A stretch of DNA of 64,000 bases from Natronospirales bacterium (GCA_021792635.1 JAJYUH010000001.1:10515-74514); one strand, 5' to 3'; positions 20,785-32,207 are shown, counted from the first letter of the stretch. Notes: generated from the letters alone by a model not told the origin. Numbers and translations: made by a program.

Positions 20785-20833
20785 TTTACAAGTTTTTTAT
20801 ATTTACCCGGCATAATTTTTCACGGTCTTTACA
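20785..20833 (+). promoter_or_regulatory. Putative KdpE-binding boxes upstream of the kdp operon
   Basis: TTTACA-N5-TTTATA (20785-20801) and TTTTCA-N5-TTTACA (20817-20833) resemble the T-rich TTTATA-N5-TTTACA site of the E. coli kdp promoter. Confidence 0.55.
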
Positions 20834-20883
20834 CTGCAACGGCTAAAGTATTCAGCCGATCGTCCGTATTATGGGGCTGAACT

Positions 20884-20976
20884 TTGGATCTGTTGTGCAT
20901 TGCCCTGGTGTGCCTGCTGTTTTCCGCCACAGCCGCGCTGATTCCCGGTCTTGAAAAGCTGGGAGCCGCATCGTGA
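20884..20976 (+). CDS. 30-aa hydrophobic peptide upstream of kdpF (missed by the ORF track)
   Basis: TTG start, [30 protein letters not shown]. Its TGA overlaps the kdpF GTG. Confidence 0.5.
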   Translation: MDLLCIALVCLLFSATAALIPGLEKLGAAS

Positions 20977-21065
20977 ACTGGCTGTATCTTTTCGCCCTGC
21001 TGCTGGCGGTTGGACTGTTCGTGTATCTGTGCATCGCATTGCTGTGGCCGGAGCGCTTCACATGA
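20973..21065 (+). CDS. kdpF: K+-transporting ATPase subunit F (missed by the ORF track)
   Basis: [30 protein letters not shown] has the YL..AL..PERF signature. Its stop overlaps the kdpA ATG. Confidence 0.88.
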   Translation: MNWLYLFALLLAVGLFVYLCIALLWPERFT

Positions 21066-22870
21066 CCGCGAACGGCTATCTGCAGGTCGGCGTCTTTCTG
21101 CTGCTGGTGCTGGCCCTGGCCAAACCCGTTGGCTGGTATATGGCGCGCATATATGAAGGCAAAAATGCGTGGCTGAACCGGCTGGGCGCACCGCTCGAAC
21201 GGTTTATTTATCGACTGGGCGGTGTCAACTCGGAGCGCGAAATGCGCTGGACCGAGTACGCCATGGACATGCTGGTATTCAATTTCCTGGGTGTGCTGCT
21301 GTTGTATGCCATACAACGTCTGCAGGGATATCTGCCGCTCAATCCTCAGCAGTTCGGCGCCGTGGGCGCGGACTCGGCGTTTAACACCGCCGTCAGCTTC
21401 GTTACCAACACCAACTGGCAAGGCTATTCCGGTGAGACCACCATGAGCTACCTCACGCAGATGATGGGGCTCACGGTGCAGAATTTCCTGTCCGCCGCCA
21501 CCGGACTGTGTGTTGCGGTGGCGCTCATCCGCGGCTTTGCGCGGCACACGGCTGCAACCCTGGGCAATTTCTGGGCGGACCTCACCCGCAGCACGCTCTA
21601 TATCCTGCTGCCGTTGTCTTTGCTCCTGGCCGTGGTGCTGGTGGGCCAGGGCGTCATCCAGAACTTCAAGCCCTATCAGTCCGTGCCGCTGCACGATCCC
21701 GTGAGCTATCAGCAACCGCTGATGAATGCACAGGGTAATCCGTTGATGAATGCCGCCGGTAACCCTGCAACCCGGACGGTGCTGCAGAAGAATCAACTCC
21801 TGCCCATGGGTCCGGTGGCCTCGCAGGAGGCCATCAAGGAGCTTGGCACGAACGGCGGCGGATTTTTCAATGCCAATTCCGCCCATCCGTTCGAGAACCC
21901 CACGCCGCTGTCGAACTTTCTGGAGATGCTCGCGGTGCTGCTGCTGCCCGCGGCGCTGTGTTTCACGTTTGGTGAAATGGTGGGTGACCGCCGCCAGGGA
22001 TGGGCCATTTTCATCGCCATGACGGTACTGTTTGTGGCATTCCTCGGCACGGCATTGTACGCGGAGCAGCATGGCAATCCGGCGTTTGGGAAGCTGGGTA
22101 TTGACCAGACCGCTTCCGTCCTGCAGGCGGGCGGTAACATGGAAGGCAAGGAAACGCGTTTCGGTATCGTGGATTCCACTCTGTTCGACACGGTCACGAC
22201 TGCCACTTCCTGCGGTGCGGTGAATTCCATGCTGGATTCCTATACGCCGCTCGGCGGTCTCATGCCGTTGTGGCTTATCCAGCTCGGCGAGATGGTGTTC
22301 GGCGGCGTGGGCTCCGGCCTGTACACCATGCTGGCATTCGCCATGCTGGCGGTGTTCATTGCCGGTCTCATGGTGGGGCGCACGCCGGAATATCTCGGCA
22401 AGAAAATTGAATCCTATGAGATGAAGACGGTGTCGCTCATCATTCTCATCACACCGCTCCTGGTGCTGGTGGGCACGGCCGTGGCGGTGATGACCGCCGC
22501 CGGCAGGGCGGGGGCTCTCAATCCGGGCGCCCACGGATTCAGCGAGATCCTGTATGCCTTTTCCTCCGCGGCCAACAATAACGGCAGCGCCTTTGCGGGG
22601 CTTGGCGCCGGCTCGCCGTTCTACAACATCGCCCTCGGCATCGTCATGCAGATCGGCCGCTTCTGGCCGGCGGTGGCTACGCTGGCGCTCGCGGGGTCGC
22701 TGGCCGCCAAAAAGCGCGTAGCGGCGGGACTCGGCACCTTGCCCACGCACACGCCGCTGTTTATCGCACTGCTGGTGGGTACGGTGTTGCTGGTGAGCGC
22801 TTTGACCTACATTCCGGCACTCGCACTCGGCCCCATCGCCGAACAGCTTGCCATGTCGGGCATCCATTGA
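21062..22870 (+). CDS. kdpA: K+-transporting ATPase subunit A
   Basis: [39 protein letters not shown] and NNGSAFAGL motifs. Confidence 0.97.
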   Translation: MTANGYLQVGVFLLLVLALAKPVGWYMARIYEGKNAWLNRLGAPLERFIYRLGGVNSEREMRWTEYAMDMLVFNFLGVLLLYAIQRLQGYLPLNPQQFGAVGADSAFNTAVSFVTNTNWQGYSGETTMSYLTQMMGLTVQNFLSAATGLCVAVALIRGFARHTAATLGNFWADLTRSTLYILLPLSLLLAVVLVGQGVIQNFKPYQSVPLHDPVSYQQPLMNAQGNPLMNAAGNPATRTVLQKNQLLPMGPVASQEAIKELGTNGGGFFNANSAHPFENPTPLSNFLEMLAVLLLPAALCFTFGEMVGDRRQGWAIFIAMTVLFVAFLGTALYAEQHGNPAFGKLGIDQTASVLQAGGNMEGKETRFGIVDSTLFDTVTTATSCGAVNSMLDSYTPLGGLMPLWLIQLGEMVFGGVGSGLYTMLAFAMLAVFIAGLMVGRTPEYLGKKIESYEMKTVSLIILITPLLVLVGTAVAVMTAAGRAGALNPGAHGFSEILYAFSSAANNNGSAFAGLGAGSPFYNIALGIVMQIGRFWPAVATLALAGSLAAKKRVAAGLGTLPTHTPLFIALLVGTVLLVSALTYIPALALGPIAEQLAMSGIH

Positions 22871-22883
22871 CCGTGGAGCAATC

Positions 22884-24965
22884 ATGAGCACGCGAGCCGT
22901 TACAGGGTTCCTGTTCGAACGCAGGATGGTACTGGAGGCTGCGGTGGCATCGTTCAGGAAACTCAATCCCCTGGAGCAGATGCGTAATCCGGTGATGTTT
23001 GTTGTCTATGTCGGCAGCATCCTTACCAGTGTGCTGTTCGTGCATGCGCTGACCGGTCATGAAACAGCACAGGCGCCATTTATTCTCGGCGTCACGCTGT
23101 GGCTGTGGTTCACGGTGCTGTTCGCCAACTTTGCCGAGGCCCTGAGCGAGAGCCGCAACCGCGCCCAGGCGGCGGCGCTGCGCCGCAGCCGGCGCGATAT
23201 CACCGCAAAGAAACTGGAATCGGAAACCTTTACGCCGGCGAATCCCGCGTTCCAGCCGGTATCGGCCGCATCGTTGCGCAAGGGCGATGCGGTGCTGGTA
23301 GAGGCCGGAGACTTCGTTCCGGGTGATGGTGAAGTGGTTGAAGGCGTGGCCTCGGTGGACGAGAGCGCCATCACCGGCGAAAGCGCACCGGTAATCCGCG
23401 AGGCGGGCGGTGATTTCAGCTCGGTTACCGGTGGCACGCGGGTGTTGTCAGACTGGCTGGTGGTGCGTATTACCGCCAATCCGGGTGAAACCTTCCTGGA
23501 CCGCATGATCGGGATGGTGGAGGGCGCCACGCGCCAGAAAACTCCCAACGAGATCGCGCTCACCATCCTGCTGGTGGCCATGACCATCATTTTTCTGCTG
23601 GCCACCGCCACGCTGCTGCCTTACTCCTTATATAGCGTCGCGGTTGCGCATGCGGGCCGTCCGGTGAGCATCACCGTACTGGTGGCGCTGCTGGTGTGCC
23701 TCATCCCCACCACCATCGGCGCGTTACTCTCGGCCATCGGCATCGCCGGCATGGGCCGCATGCTCCAGGCCAACGTCATTGCCACCTCCGGCCGCGCGGT
23801 GGAAGCTGCCGGCGATGTGGATGTGCTGTTGCTGGACAAGACGGGCACCATCACCCTCGGCAACCGGCAGGCGGCTGCGTTTGTACCGGCGCCGGGCGTC
23901 ACGGAACGGGAGCTGGCGGATGCCGCGCAACTCGCCTCGCTGGCGGATGAGACACCCGAGGGCCGCAGCATCGTGGTGCTGGCCAAGCAGCATTTCGGCC
24001 TGCGCGAGCGGGATATCCACGCGCTCGGTGCGAGCTTCGTGCATTTCAGCGCCAGAACGCGCATGAGCGGCGTGGACATGGCGACGCGCAGGATCCGCAA
24101 GGGCGCTGCGGACGCTATCCGCCGCCACGTGGAGACACCGGGCGGCCGCTTCCCGCCGGCCGTGGCCACGCAGGTGGACGGTATCGCGCGCCGCGGAAGC
24201 ACGCCACTGGTGGTCGCCGAAGGTACCAGGGTCCTGGGCGTCATCGAGTTGAAGGATATCGTCAAGGGCGGCATCAAGGAGCGGTTTGCGCAACTGCGCC
24301 GCATGGGCATCAAGACCGTAATGATTACCGGCGATAATCGCCTCACGGCTGCCGCCATCGCCGCTGAGGCTGGCGTGGATGATTTCCTCGCCGAAGCCAC
24401 GCCGGAAGCGAAGCTCAAACTTATCCGCGAGCATCAGGCGGAAGGCAAACTGGTTGCCATGACCGGCGACGGCACCAATGACGCGCCGGCGCTCGCCCAG
24501 GCGGACGTGGCGGTGGCCATGAACACCGGCACCCAGGCGGCCAAGGAAGCCGGCAATATGGTGGATCTGGATTCCAATCCCACCAAACTCATCGAGATAG
24601 TGGAGACCGGCAAACAGCTGCTTATGACCCGCGGCGCGCTTACCACTTTCAGCATCGCCAACGATGTGGCCAAGTATTTCGCTATCATCCCGGCGGCATT
24701 CGTCAGCACCTACCCGTCTCTGGGCGCGCTCAATATCATGCACCTCGCCACGCCGCAGAGTGCCATTCTGTCGGCGGTGATCTTCAACGCGCTCATTATC
24801 GTGGCGCTCATACCACTGGCGCTCAGGGGAGTGCGCTATCGGCCCATCGGCGCTGCCGCGGTGTTGCGCAGAAACCTGTGGATTTACGGTGTCGGCGGCA
24901 TCATTGTACCTTTCATCGGCATCAAACTCATAGACCTGCTGCTGGTTGCGCTGCATCTTGCCTGA
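22884..24965 (+). CDS. kdpB: K+-transporting ATPase subunit B
   Basis: DKTGTIT phosphorylation site, [12 protein letters not shown] and [10 protein letters not shown] motifs. Confidence 0.98.
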   Translation: MSTRAVTGFLFERRMVLEAAVASFRKLNPLEQMRNPVMFVVYVGSILTSVLFVHALTGHETAQAPFILGVTLWLWFTVLFANFAEALSESRNRAQAAALRRSRRDITAKKLESETFTPANPAFQPVSAASLRKGDAVLVEAGDFVPGDGEVVEGVASVDESAITGESAPVIREAGGDFSSVTGGTRVLSDWLVVRITANPGETFLDRMIGMVEGATRQKTPNEIALTILLVAMTIIFLLATATLLPYSLYSVAVAHAGRPVSITVLVALLVCLIPTTIGALLSAIGIAGMGRMLQANVIATSGRAVEAAGDVDVLLLDKTGTITLGNRQAAAFVPAPGVTERELADAAQLASLADETPEGRSIVVLAKQHFGLRERDIHALGASFVHFSARTRMSGVDMATRRIRKGAADAIRRHVETPGGRFPPAVATQVDGIARRGSTPLVVAEGTRVLGVIELKDIVKGGIKERFAQLRRMGIKTVMITGDNRLTAAAIAAEAGVDDFLAEATPEAKLKLIREHQAEGKLVAMTGDGTNDAPALAQADVAVAMNTGTQAAKEAGNMVDLDSNPTKLIEIVETGKQLLMTRGALTTFSIANDVAKYFAIIPAAFVSTYPSLGALNIMHLATPQSAILSAVIFNALIIVALIPLALRGVRYRPIGAAAVLRRNLWIYGVGGIIVPFIGIKLIDLLLVALHLA

Positions 24966-24975
24966 GGTGTCCATC

Positions 24976-25554
24976 ATGTTCGCTCATCTGCGTATCTCGC
25001 TACTCATGCTGCTGGTGTTCACCGTCATCACCGGCGTTCTGTATCCGTTGGCCGTGACGGGGATCGCCCAGGCAGTGTTCCCCAGGCAGGCGAATGGCAG
25101 TCTGATCCGGCAGCACGGCCAGGTGATCGGCTCGGCACTGATCGGCCAGCCGTTTCGCAGTCCACGGTATTTCTGGAGTCGGCCCTCGGCCACCGCGCCA
25201 TTCCCGGATAATTCCCTGGCCTCCGGCGGCTCCAACCTGGGCCCCACGAATCCGGTGCTTCTGCAGCAGGTGAAAGCACGCATCGCGGCATTGCACGCGG
25301 CGGATCCCTCACAACATGCGCCCATACCGGTGGACCTGGTGACGGCTTCCGGGAGCGGGCTCGATCCGGATATCAGCCCGGCGGCGGCCCTTTACCAGGT
25401 TCCGCGCATCGCGCGCCTGCGGCATCTGAGCGAACAGCGGGTACGTGCACTGGTGACGCGTTACACCACGCCGCGGCAGCTTGGATTTCTCGGTGAGCCC
25501 CGGGTGAACGTACTCGAACTCAATCTGGCATTGGACGCTCCCGGGCGACAGTAA
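24976..25554 (+). CDS. kdpC: K+-transporting ATPase subunit C
   Basis: [32 protein letters not shown] and [11 protein letters not shown] motifs. Confidence 0.97.
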   Translation: MFAHLRISLLMLLVFTVITGVLYPLAVTGIAQAVFPRQANGSLIRQHGQVIGSALIGQPFRSPRYFWSRPSATAPFPDNSLASGGSNLGPTNPVLLQQVKARIAALHAADPSQHAPIPVDLVTASGSGLDPDISPAAALYQVPRIARLRHLSEQRVRALVTRYTTPRQLGFLGEPRVNVLELNLALDAPGRQ

Positions 25555-26711
25555 TGCGCTTATCTCCCGACAGAGCGCGGGCACCCCGGCTGGTGTTCCT
25601 GCTGGCGGCGGCAATCCTGGCGCCGGTGCTCCCGGGCACCAGGAACGCCGCAGCGGATCCCCTGACGCTGCCCCCGCCGCTGCTATTCGACGCCGGTCCG
25701 CTGGGATCGTTGCAGGCGCAGGGGATCTTCAGCGGCCTGGGCACCTGGCAGTACAATCCCACGGCTCTCGATGCAAGTAACCGCTTCGACATCACCAATG
25801 CTCAACTCATCCTGCAAAAGAACACCGGCCCGGTTCAGTTTTTTCTGCAAGCCGGGGCCTACAATTTCCCGACCTTGGGAGTTCCTGCCTCACCCACATC
25901 GGACATCGGGAAAAATTTCTACGGCCCCGTGCCGGAAGCTTACGTAAAATTTGCACCGGCAGGTGATTTCTCCATCGAGATTGGCAAACTTCCCACTCTG
26001 ATGGGGGCCGAAACCACCTGGACATGGATGAATTACAATATCGAACGCGGCCTGCTCTGGAATCTCGAAAACGCCGTTACGCGCGGCGCGCAGTTAAATT
26101 ACGGAGCGGGTTCCTTCCATGCTTCTCTGGCATGGACCGATGGATATTATTCCAACCGTTACAATACGGTAAGCGGATCCCTGGCTTATGCCCCGGACAC
26201 CGAAAATACGCTTAGTGTATTTTTTTATGACAACTTGGGACATACGCCTTATGGTTCAACCGCCAATCCGGAAGCCTTGAATAACAGCCGGACCTATAAT
26301 CTGATTTACACCTACAGTTCTGCGTCCTGGATAGTTTCGCCCTATCTGCAATACATTGTTTCCCCTGCATCCACGCAACTGGGGTACGCCCATGCGAATG
26401 ATTCGTTCGGTGCGGCCGTGCTGGCTGATTACAGCTTCACCAGGACTTTCAGCCTGGGAGCACGCTTCGAATACATCACCAGCTCCGGCGCGGACAACGT
26501 CAGCGCCAACAACAACCTGTTTGGCTACGGCCCCGGCAGCCGCGCCTGGACATTTACGCTGACGCCCACGTGGCAGGCAGGCGGGCTGTTTGCGCGTGCC
26601 GAGATCTCGTATGTGCGGGTCACTCACTATGCGTCGGGGATGGTATTCGGCCCCGCCGGCAACAACCGCGATCAGATACGCGCACTGGTTGAAACCGGAG
26701 TTATGTTCTAA
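25554..26711 (+). CDS. Outer-membrane beta-barrel (porin-like) protein inside the kdp operon
   Basis: Signal peptide, amphipathic beta-strands, IGKLPTLMGAE and terminal ETGVMF. The start overlaps the kdpC stop. Confidence 0.8.
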   Translation: MRLSPDRARAPRLVFLLAAAILAPVLPGTRNAAADPLTLPPPLLFDAGPLGSLQAQGIFSGLGTWQYNPTALDASNRFDITNAQLILQKNTGPVQFFLQAGAYNFPTLGVPASPTSDIGKNFYGPVPEAYVKFAPAGDFSIEIGKLPTLMGAETTWTWMNYNIERGLLWNLENAVTRGAQLNYGAGSFHASLAWTDGYYSNRYNTVSGSLAYAPDTENTLSVFFYDNLGHTPYGSTANPEALNNSRTYNLIYTYSSASWIVSPYLQYIVSPASTQLGYAHANDSFGAAVLADYSFTRTFSLGARFEYITSSGADNVSANNNLFGYGPGSRAWTFTLTPTWQAGGLFARAEISYVRVTHYASGMVFGPAGNNRDQIRALVETGVMF

Positions 26712-26738
26712 TACCCGCATCACATACGGGTACTCGCC

Positions 26739-29459
26739 ATGAACGAATCCCGGCCCAATCCGGATGCGCTGCTCGCCCGCGTTGAACAACGCGAGGCGAA
26801 GGCCCACCGTGGCCGCTTCAAGATATTCTTTGGTGCAGCGGCAGGCGTCGGCAAGACTTACGCCATGCTGCAGGCAGGACGTGCGCTGCAAAAGCAGGGC
26901 TGCGACGTGCAGGTAGGCGTGGTGGAAACCCACGGTCGCGCCGAGACGGCGAGTCTGCTTGAGGGTCTGGAAGTGTTGCCGCAGCGCATCGTCGAATACC
27001 GCGGGGCGAAGCTCGGGGAGTTCGATCTGGACACGGCGCTGGCGCGCCGCCCGCAACTGATCCTGGTGGACGAGCTGGCGCACACCAACGCGCCGGGTTC
27101 ACGGCACGCAAAGCGCTGGCAGGATGTGCAGGAGCTGCTGGTCGCGGGCATTGACGTTTACTCCACGCTCAACATCCAGCATATCGAGAGCCTCAACGAC
27201 GTGGTCACACAGATCACCGGCATCCGCGTATGGGAAACCGTGCCCGATACGTTCTTTGAGCGGTCCGATGAAGTGGAGCTGGTGGATCTGCCCCCCGATG
27301 AACTGTTGCAGCGGCTGAAGGAGGGCAAGATCTATCTGCCGCATCAGGCCGAGCGCGCCATCCACAACTTCTTCCGCAAAGGCAACCTCATCGCACTGCG
27401 CGAATTGGCTCTGCGGCGCACCGCTGACCGGGTGGACGTGCAGATGCGGGATTACCGGCAGGATCACGCCATAGAAGCGGTGTGGCCGGTGCGGGAGCGT
27501 GTCATGGTGTGCATATCCTCCGGCGCGGAGAGCGAGAAGCTCATCCGCATCGGCAAGCGCATGGCCGACTCGCTGCGCGCCGAATGGGTGGCGGTGTATA
27601 TCGAGACACCGGACATGCTGCGCCTGCCGGAAAGCCGGCGCGAGGCGGTGGCGCGCACGCTGCGGCTTGCGGAAACACTCGGTGCCGAGACCGTGACCCT
27701 GGCCGGCGAGAAGCATTTCAGCGCCGACGTGTTGAGCTACGCCCATGCGCGTAACGTCACCAAGATCGTCATGGGCAAACCGCGCCGCCGCGGCTGGCAG
27801 CGCTGGCTGTTCGGTTCGGTGGTGGACGCCATCGTTGCCGGCAGCGGTGCCATAGACGTGAACATCGTCAGCACGGATGCCGGTACGTCGCAGCCAGGCC
27901 GGTATCCGGGCCTTGAACGGGATATCGGCAGGTTGCCCAGCAATAAACGCCGCGCGCGCGGTTACCTCTCCGGTCTTGCAGTCGTCACGCTCTGCACCGT
28001 GGTCGCAGCCTTCATGGCGCGGCATTTCGCACTTTCCAACCTGATCATGGTGTACCTGCTGGGCGTGGTGGTGGTGGCGGTGCGCTACGGGCGCGGCCCC
28101 TCGGTGCTGGCCGCGGTGCTGGGGGTGCTGGCCTTCGATTTTTTCTTCGTTCCGCCGGTATTTACCTTTGCCGTGTCGGACACCCAGTATGTGGTGACCT
28201 TTTTCGTGATGCTGATCGTGGGCTTGGTAATCAGCAGCCTCACGGTGAGCGTGCGCCTGCAGGCGCGCGTGGCCGCGCACCGTGAACGGCGTACCGCGGC
28301 ACTCTATGCCATGAGCCGGGAACTCGCCAGCACGCGCGGTGAGGACAACCTGTTGCAGGTCGCCATACGGCATATCGCCGAGGTATTCGACGCCCATGCG
28401 GTGGTGTTGCAGGCTGGTGAGGACGGGCGCGTCCGTTATCCCAAAGGCATACCCGCGGCACACTCCCTGCAGCACGCGGACTTGGGCGTGGCGCAGTGGG
28501 TACACGACCATGCGCAGCTGGCGGGTCGTGGCACCGACACCCTGCCGGGCAGCGATGCCGTGTATCTGCCGTTGCAAGGCACCGCGGGGGTACTCGGCGT
28601 GCTCGCCGTGTCGCCGCGGGAGTTGCGCCGCGTACTCTTGCCGGAGCAACGGCGCCTGCTGGAAACCTTTGCCAGCCAGGTGGCGCTGGCACTGGAGCGC
28701 GCGGAACTCTCGCGGCGCGCGGCTGCGGCGCAGGTGGAGATGGAGACCGAGCGGCTGCGCAATTCGTTGTTGAGCGCCATCTCCCATGATCTGCGCACGC
28801 CGCTCGCCGCCATCATCGGCGCCGGCAGCAGCCTGTTGGAGGAGGGCGTGCATCTCGATGCCGCCGCACGCCGCGAGCTGAGCCGGGACATACTGGAGGG
28901 CGCGCAGCGCATGAACGAGCTCGTCAACAACGTGCTGGACATGGCGCGACTGGAATCGGGTACGGTCAGGCTCAACCGGCAGTGGTATCCGCTGGAGGAG
29001 GTAGTGGGCGGCGTGCTGACGCGGTTGCGCGAACGGCTTCGACAGCACCCGGTGGCGGTACGGCTGCCCGCCGAGTTGCCGTGGCTTTCCATGGATGGCG
29101 GACTGATCGAACAGGTGTTGGCGAATCTGCTGGAAAACGCCGTGAAATACACCCCGCCCGGCACATCCATCGAGATCGGCGCGGCCATCGTGGATACCTC
29201 GGTGGCAGTGGAGGTGGCGGACCGTGGTCCGGGACTGCCGGCGGGCGCCGAGGGACGCGTGTTCCAGAAGTTCTACCGCGCACAGGCGGAGGGTGGGCAG
29301 GGCGGCGTGGGCCTGGGGCTGACCATCTGCCGCGCCATCATCGAGGCCCACGGCGGCAGAATATGGGCGGAGAATCGCCCCGGCGGTGGGGCGAGCTTCA
29401 AGTTCACCCTGCCGGCCGCCGAGGCGCCGCCCGCCATCGAGCGCGAACGCGATGAATGA
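26739..29459 (+). CDS. kdpD: Sensor histidine kinase KdpD
   Basis: GAAAGVGKTYAML, VDELAHTNAPG, a Usp-like domain, 4 TM segments, GAF and the SHDLRTPL H-box. Confidence 0.97.
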   Translation: MNESRPNPDALLARVEQREAKAHRGRFKIFFGAAAGVGKTYAMLQAGRALQKQGCDVQVGVVETHGRAETASLLEGLEVLPQRIVEYRGAKLGEFDLDTALARRPQLILVDELAHTNAPGSRHAKRWQDVQELLVAGIDVYSTLNIQHIESLNDVVTQITGIRVWETVPDTFFERSDEVELVDLPPDELLQRLKEGKIYLPHQAERAIHNFFRKGNLIALRELALRRTADRVDVQMRDYRQDHAIEAVWPVRERVMVCISSGAESEKLIRIGKRMADSLRAEWVAVYIETPDMLRLPESRREAVARTLRLAETLGAETVTLAGEKHFSADVLSYAHARNVTKIVMGKPRRRGWQRWLFGSVVDAIVAGSGAIDVNIVSTDAGTSQPGRYPGLERDIGRLPSNKRRARGYLSGLAVVTLCTVVAAFMARHFALSNLIMVYLLGVVVVAVRYGRGPSVLAAVLGVLAFDFFFVPPVFTFAVSDTQYVVTFFVMLIVGLVISSLTVSVRLQARVAAHRERRTAALYAMSRELASTRGEDNLLQVAIRHIAEVFDAHAVVLQAGEDGRVRYPKGIPAAHSLQHADLGVAQWVHDHAQLAGRGTDTLPGSDAVYLPLQGTAGVLGVLAVSPRELRRVLLPEQRRLLETFASQVALALERAELSRRAAAAQVEMETERLRNSLLSAISHDLRTPLAAIIGAGSSLLEEGVHLDAAARRELSRDILEGAQRMNELVNNVLDMARLESGTVRLNRQWYPLEEVVGGVLTRLRERLRQHPVAVRLPAELPWLSMDGGLIEQVLANLLENAVKYTPPGTSIEIGAAIVDTSVAVEVADRGPGLPAGAEGRVFQKFYRAQAEGGQGGVGLGLTICRAIIEAHGGRIWAENRPGGGASFKFTLPAAEAPPAIERERDE

Positions 29460-30147
29460 CACGCCCGTCCGTATCCTGATTATTGAAGATGATATGCAAA
29501 TCCGGCGGTTTGTGCGCACGGCACTCGTATCCCGGGGTTTCGGGGTGTTCGAGGCGGCGAACGGCGCGCAGGGTCTGATCGAGGCGGCCACGCGCAAACC
29601 CGACCTGGTGGTTCTCGATCTCGGGCTGCCGGACATGGATGGCGTCGCCGTGGTGCAGCGGCTGCGCGAGTGGAGTCCGATCCCAGTAATCGCGCTCTCG
29701 GCGCGCAGTCTGGAGTCGTCCAAGATCGCCACACTGGACGCCGGAGCGGACGACTACCTCACCAAGCCCTTCGGTGTGGGCGAACTGCTGGCGCGCATCC
29801 GTGTCGCCCTGCGGCATGCGAGCATCGGCGCGAACGGCAACAGCGGGGAGTTTGCGCTTGATGAACTCAAGGTTGATTTGCAGCGCCGCCGGGTAGTGGT
29901 TGACGGGCGGGAAGTACACCTGACGCCTATCGAATACCGGTTGCTCACCGTGCTGATCCGTTATGTGGGCAAGGTCGTGACCCACCGGCAACTGTTGAAG
30001 GAAGTCTGGGGACCGTCCCATGGTGAAGACAGCCATTACGTCCGCATCTACATGGCACAACTGCGTCACAAGCTGGAAAAGGACCCGGCCCGGCCGCGCT
30101 ATCTGCTCACTGAGACCGGGGTAGGCTACCGCCTGTCGGAGGTATAG
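29452..30147 (+). CDS. kdpE: Response regulator KdpE
   Basis: LDLGLPDMDG receiver domain, OmpR-type wHTH and ETGVGYRL; overlaps the kdpD stop. Confidence 0.96.
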   Translation: MNDTPVRILIIEDDMQIRRFVRTALVSRGFGVFEAANGAQGLIEAATRKPDLVVLDLGLPDMDGVAVVQRLREWSPIPVIALSARSLESSKIATLDAGADDYLTKPFGVGELLARIRVALRHASIGANGNSGEFALDELKVDLQRRRVVVDGREVHLTPIEYRLLTVLIRYVGKVVTHRQLLKEVWGPSHGEDSHYVRIYMAQLRHKLEKDPARPRYLLTETGVGYRLSEV

Positions 30148-30252
30148 ATGCGAGACCGGGCGATACAGCGGATGAATTCCGTCTGCGGCGCCGGCAGTGC
30201 TTCAGTCGTGCTGCATCCCCTTTCCTGGAATGCAGATGCGAGCCCGGACTTT

Positions 30253-31590
30253 TCACAGAAACAGATATTCCAGGGAAAACATCACGCGGTTGCTGTTGAA
30301 GGAGTAGAACGGGATATTCGAGGTATTGCGTGTATAGCGGTAATCCGCACGCGCGTTCCACACATTCGAGAGTGCATAAGTGGCACCCAATTCCAGCGTG
30401 CGCCAGCTATCCACCCGGGTCAAGCGGGTCGTCGTGCCCCCCTGCACCAGCACATTCGGCTGGTCATAACGGCTGTGCTGGTAGGTGCCTTCCACAAAGA
30501 AGGCGATGGCATCGCTGTAATGCCATTTCATCCTGCCGAACACACCGTTGCGCGTAGGCGAGACGCTGAAAAACTGCGTCGGCGTGGAAAGATTGTTGCG
30601 CTGGTTGAGATCCAGGCTGTAGCCGAGCGTCAGCTCCAGCGGCGCCCAGTGAGTGGTGTCCTCGATGTCGAATGCCTGCTGCCATCCGGAAAGGTAGCCG
30701 TAAATGCTACCGCCCATCACCCGCGTGTAGCTGTAACTTCCGCGTATCTCATTGCTGGGGGAAAAGGCATACCGGCTTTCCGCCTTCACGGTGCCGAGCG
30801 TCTCGAAACTCGATCCGCCCAGGTTGATATGACCGCCATAGACCCCGAAGGCGTTGGCCCAGTTGTCCCCACCGAATTTGTATTTGCCTCCCACGCGTAA
30901 ATAAGTCTGGCTGAACTGGCTCACACTCGGGTAATCCACGCGGTAGAAGCTGCCGATGATCTGCAGACCCTGCCGGTACGTGCCGGTCACCTGGCCCACG
31001 CCGCCCGCCAGGAGGGAGAGCACCGCGGAGCCCTTCTGCGCCGGTGCCAGCAGGCTATTCTGGGAAGTGAACGTGACGTTGCTGTCATATCCCGCTGCCG
31101 CGTTCGCGAATCCCACCCAGGTCGAGCGGCGATGGGTCCGGGCACCGAGCCGGGCGAGCTGTGTCGATGCGAGCTGCGCGAGCGCCGGACTCCTGGTTTC
31201 CGCATGCGCATGCTGAAAATCACGCCGGGCCTCGGAACGGTTTCCCTGTTTGAGAGCGATCAAGCCCAGGTTGTAGTGACTGAGCGCCGCAAGATCGGGG
31301 TGTTTTGCCAGCGAGAGAAATTCACGGCGTGCGGCCGCATATTCACCGAGATGATAGTAGGTTGCACCCAGGTTGTAGGTAAGATGCACATCGCTCATGC
31401 CGTTACGGCGCGCCAGCCGGAAATCACGCAGCGCCTCTGCGTAACGGCCGGTGCCGAATGCGACAATACCCCGTTGAAAGGCCACAGTCGCAGCGGATGA
31501 ATGCGGGGCGGCGGCGAAGCCGGGGTTGGTGAGCAGGATTCCCATGGCCAGGCTGATGGCTGGCATTAGCCAGCTCCGATGGCGCATCAT
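30253..31590 (-). CDS. TPR-containing outer-membrane beta-barrel protein
   Basis: AAGGAG RBS and signal peptide; about 3-4 TPRs (YNLGATYYHLG; YNLGLIALKQG); a beta-strand-rich C-terminus ending MFSLEYLFL. Confidence 0.8.
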   Translation of the reverse strand: MMRHRSWLMPAISLAMGILLTNPGFAAAPHSSAATVAFQRGIVAFGTGRYAEALRDFRLARRNGMSDVHLTYNLGATYYHLGEYAAARREFLSLAKHPDLAALSHYNLGLIALKQGNRSEARRDFQHAHAETRSPALAQLASTQLARLGARTHRRSTWVGFANAAAGYDSNVTFTSQNSLLAPAQKGSAVLSLLAGGVGQVTGTYRQGLQIIGSFYRVDYPSVSQFSQTYLRVGGKYKFGGDNWANAFGVYGGHINLGGSSFETLGTVKAESRYAFSPSNEIRGSYSYTRVMGGSIYGYLSGWQQAFDIEDTTHWAPLELTLGYSLDLNQRNNLSTPTQFFSVSPTRNGVFGRMKWHYSDAIAFFVEGTYQHSRYDQPNVLVQGGTTTRLTRVDSWRTLELGATYALSNVWNARADYRYTRNTSNIPFYSFNSNRVMFSLEYLFL

Positions 31591-31660
31591 GTTGTTCTCC
31601 TTTGCTGATGACATTTTAATTCCGCTTCGGGATTAAGTCCCGCAGCAGATAAGCAACAAA

Positions 31661-31697
31661 ACGATGGACAGGCTGAGTTGATCAGCCTGTCCATCGT
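31661..31697 (-). terminator. Intrinsic terminator-like hairpin
   Basis: A perfect 16-bp stem (ACGATGGACAGGCTGA / TCAGCCTGTCCATCGT) with a 5-nt loop, followed on the minus strand by TTTGTT. Confidence 0.7.
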
Positions 31698-31742
31698 GGG
31701 GATTAACGTGACAGCCGGCGCTACCGGCGTATCTAAATTTCT

Positions 31743-32207
31743 TCAGCCACCGCCACCGCCATTATCCGGGGCATCGGAGTTCTGGGTATCCTGTTTGGCC
31801 TCGGTTTCTGCCGAGGCGGCTTCCTGCTCGGCCTGCTGAGCCTCGTGTTCCGCCTCCTTGGCTTCGGCGGCGGATTCTTTCGCATCTTTGGCCGCCTCAT
31901 TGGCATCCTTGCTGGAATCCTTGGCTTCCTGTTTGTCCTTCTCCGTTTTTTCCTTTGCTTCGTTCTTTTCCCGGGGCCCCTGTTTTTCCGACGGCTCGTT
32001 TGCTTCCTTGGGTACCGTGATGGTTTGTACCGCGGACTGGTTTATGTCCTCCCCGGTCTGCACGACATTCATGGTGACGTTCAGATCCTGGTCCTTGTTC
32101 GCATTCTTTGTGTCCGTTGAGCCGGAGCCGGCATGGGCAAGACTGCCCATGGCCATCAATAAAGTTCCCGCCAGGGAAACGACTGTGATACGGAGTTTTG
32201 CGTTCAT
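31743..32207 (-). CDS. Secreted low-complexity charged (E/K/A/D-rich) protein
   Basis: GGAG RBS and signal peptide ending LAHA; a short folded stretch (DLNVTMNVV..ITVP), then KEA/EAE repeats and a GGGG tail. Confidence 0.8.
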   Translation of the reverse strand: MNAKLRITVVSLAGTLLMAMGSLAHAGSGSTDTKNANKDQDLNVTMNVVQTGEDINQSAVQTITVPKEANEPSEKQGPREKNEAKEKTEKDKQEAKDSSKDANEAAKDAKESAAEAKEAEHEAQQAEQEAASAETEAKQDTQNSDAPDNGGGGG

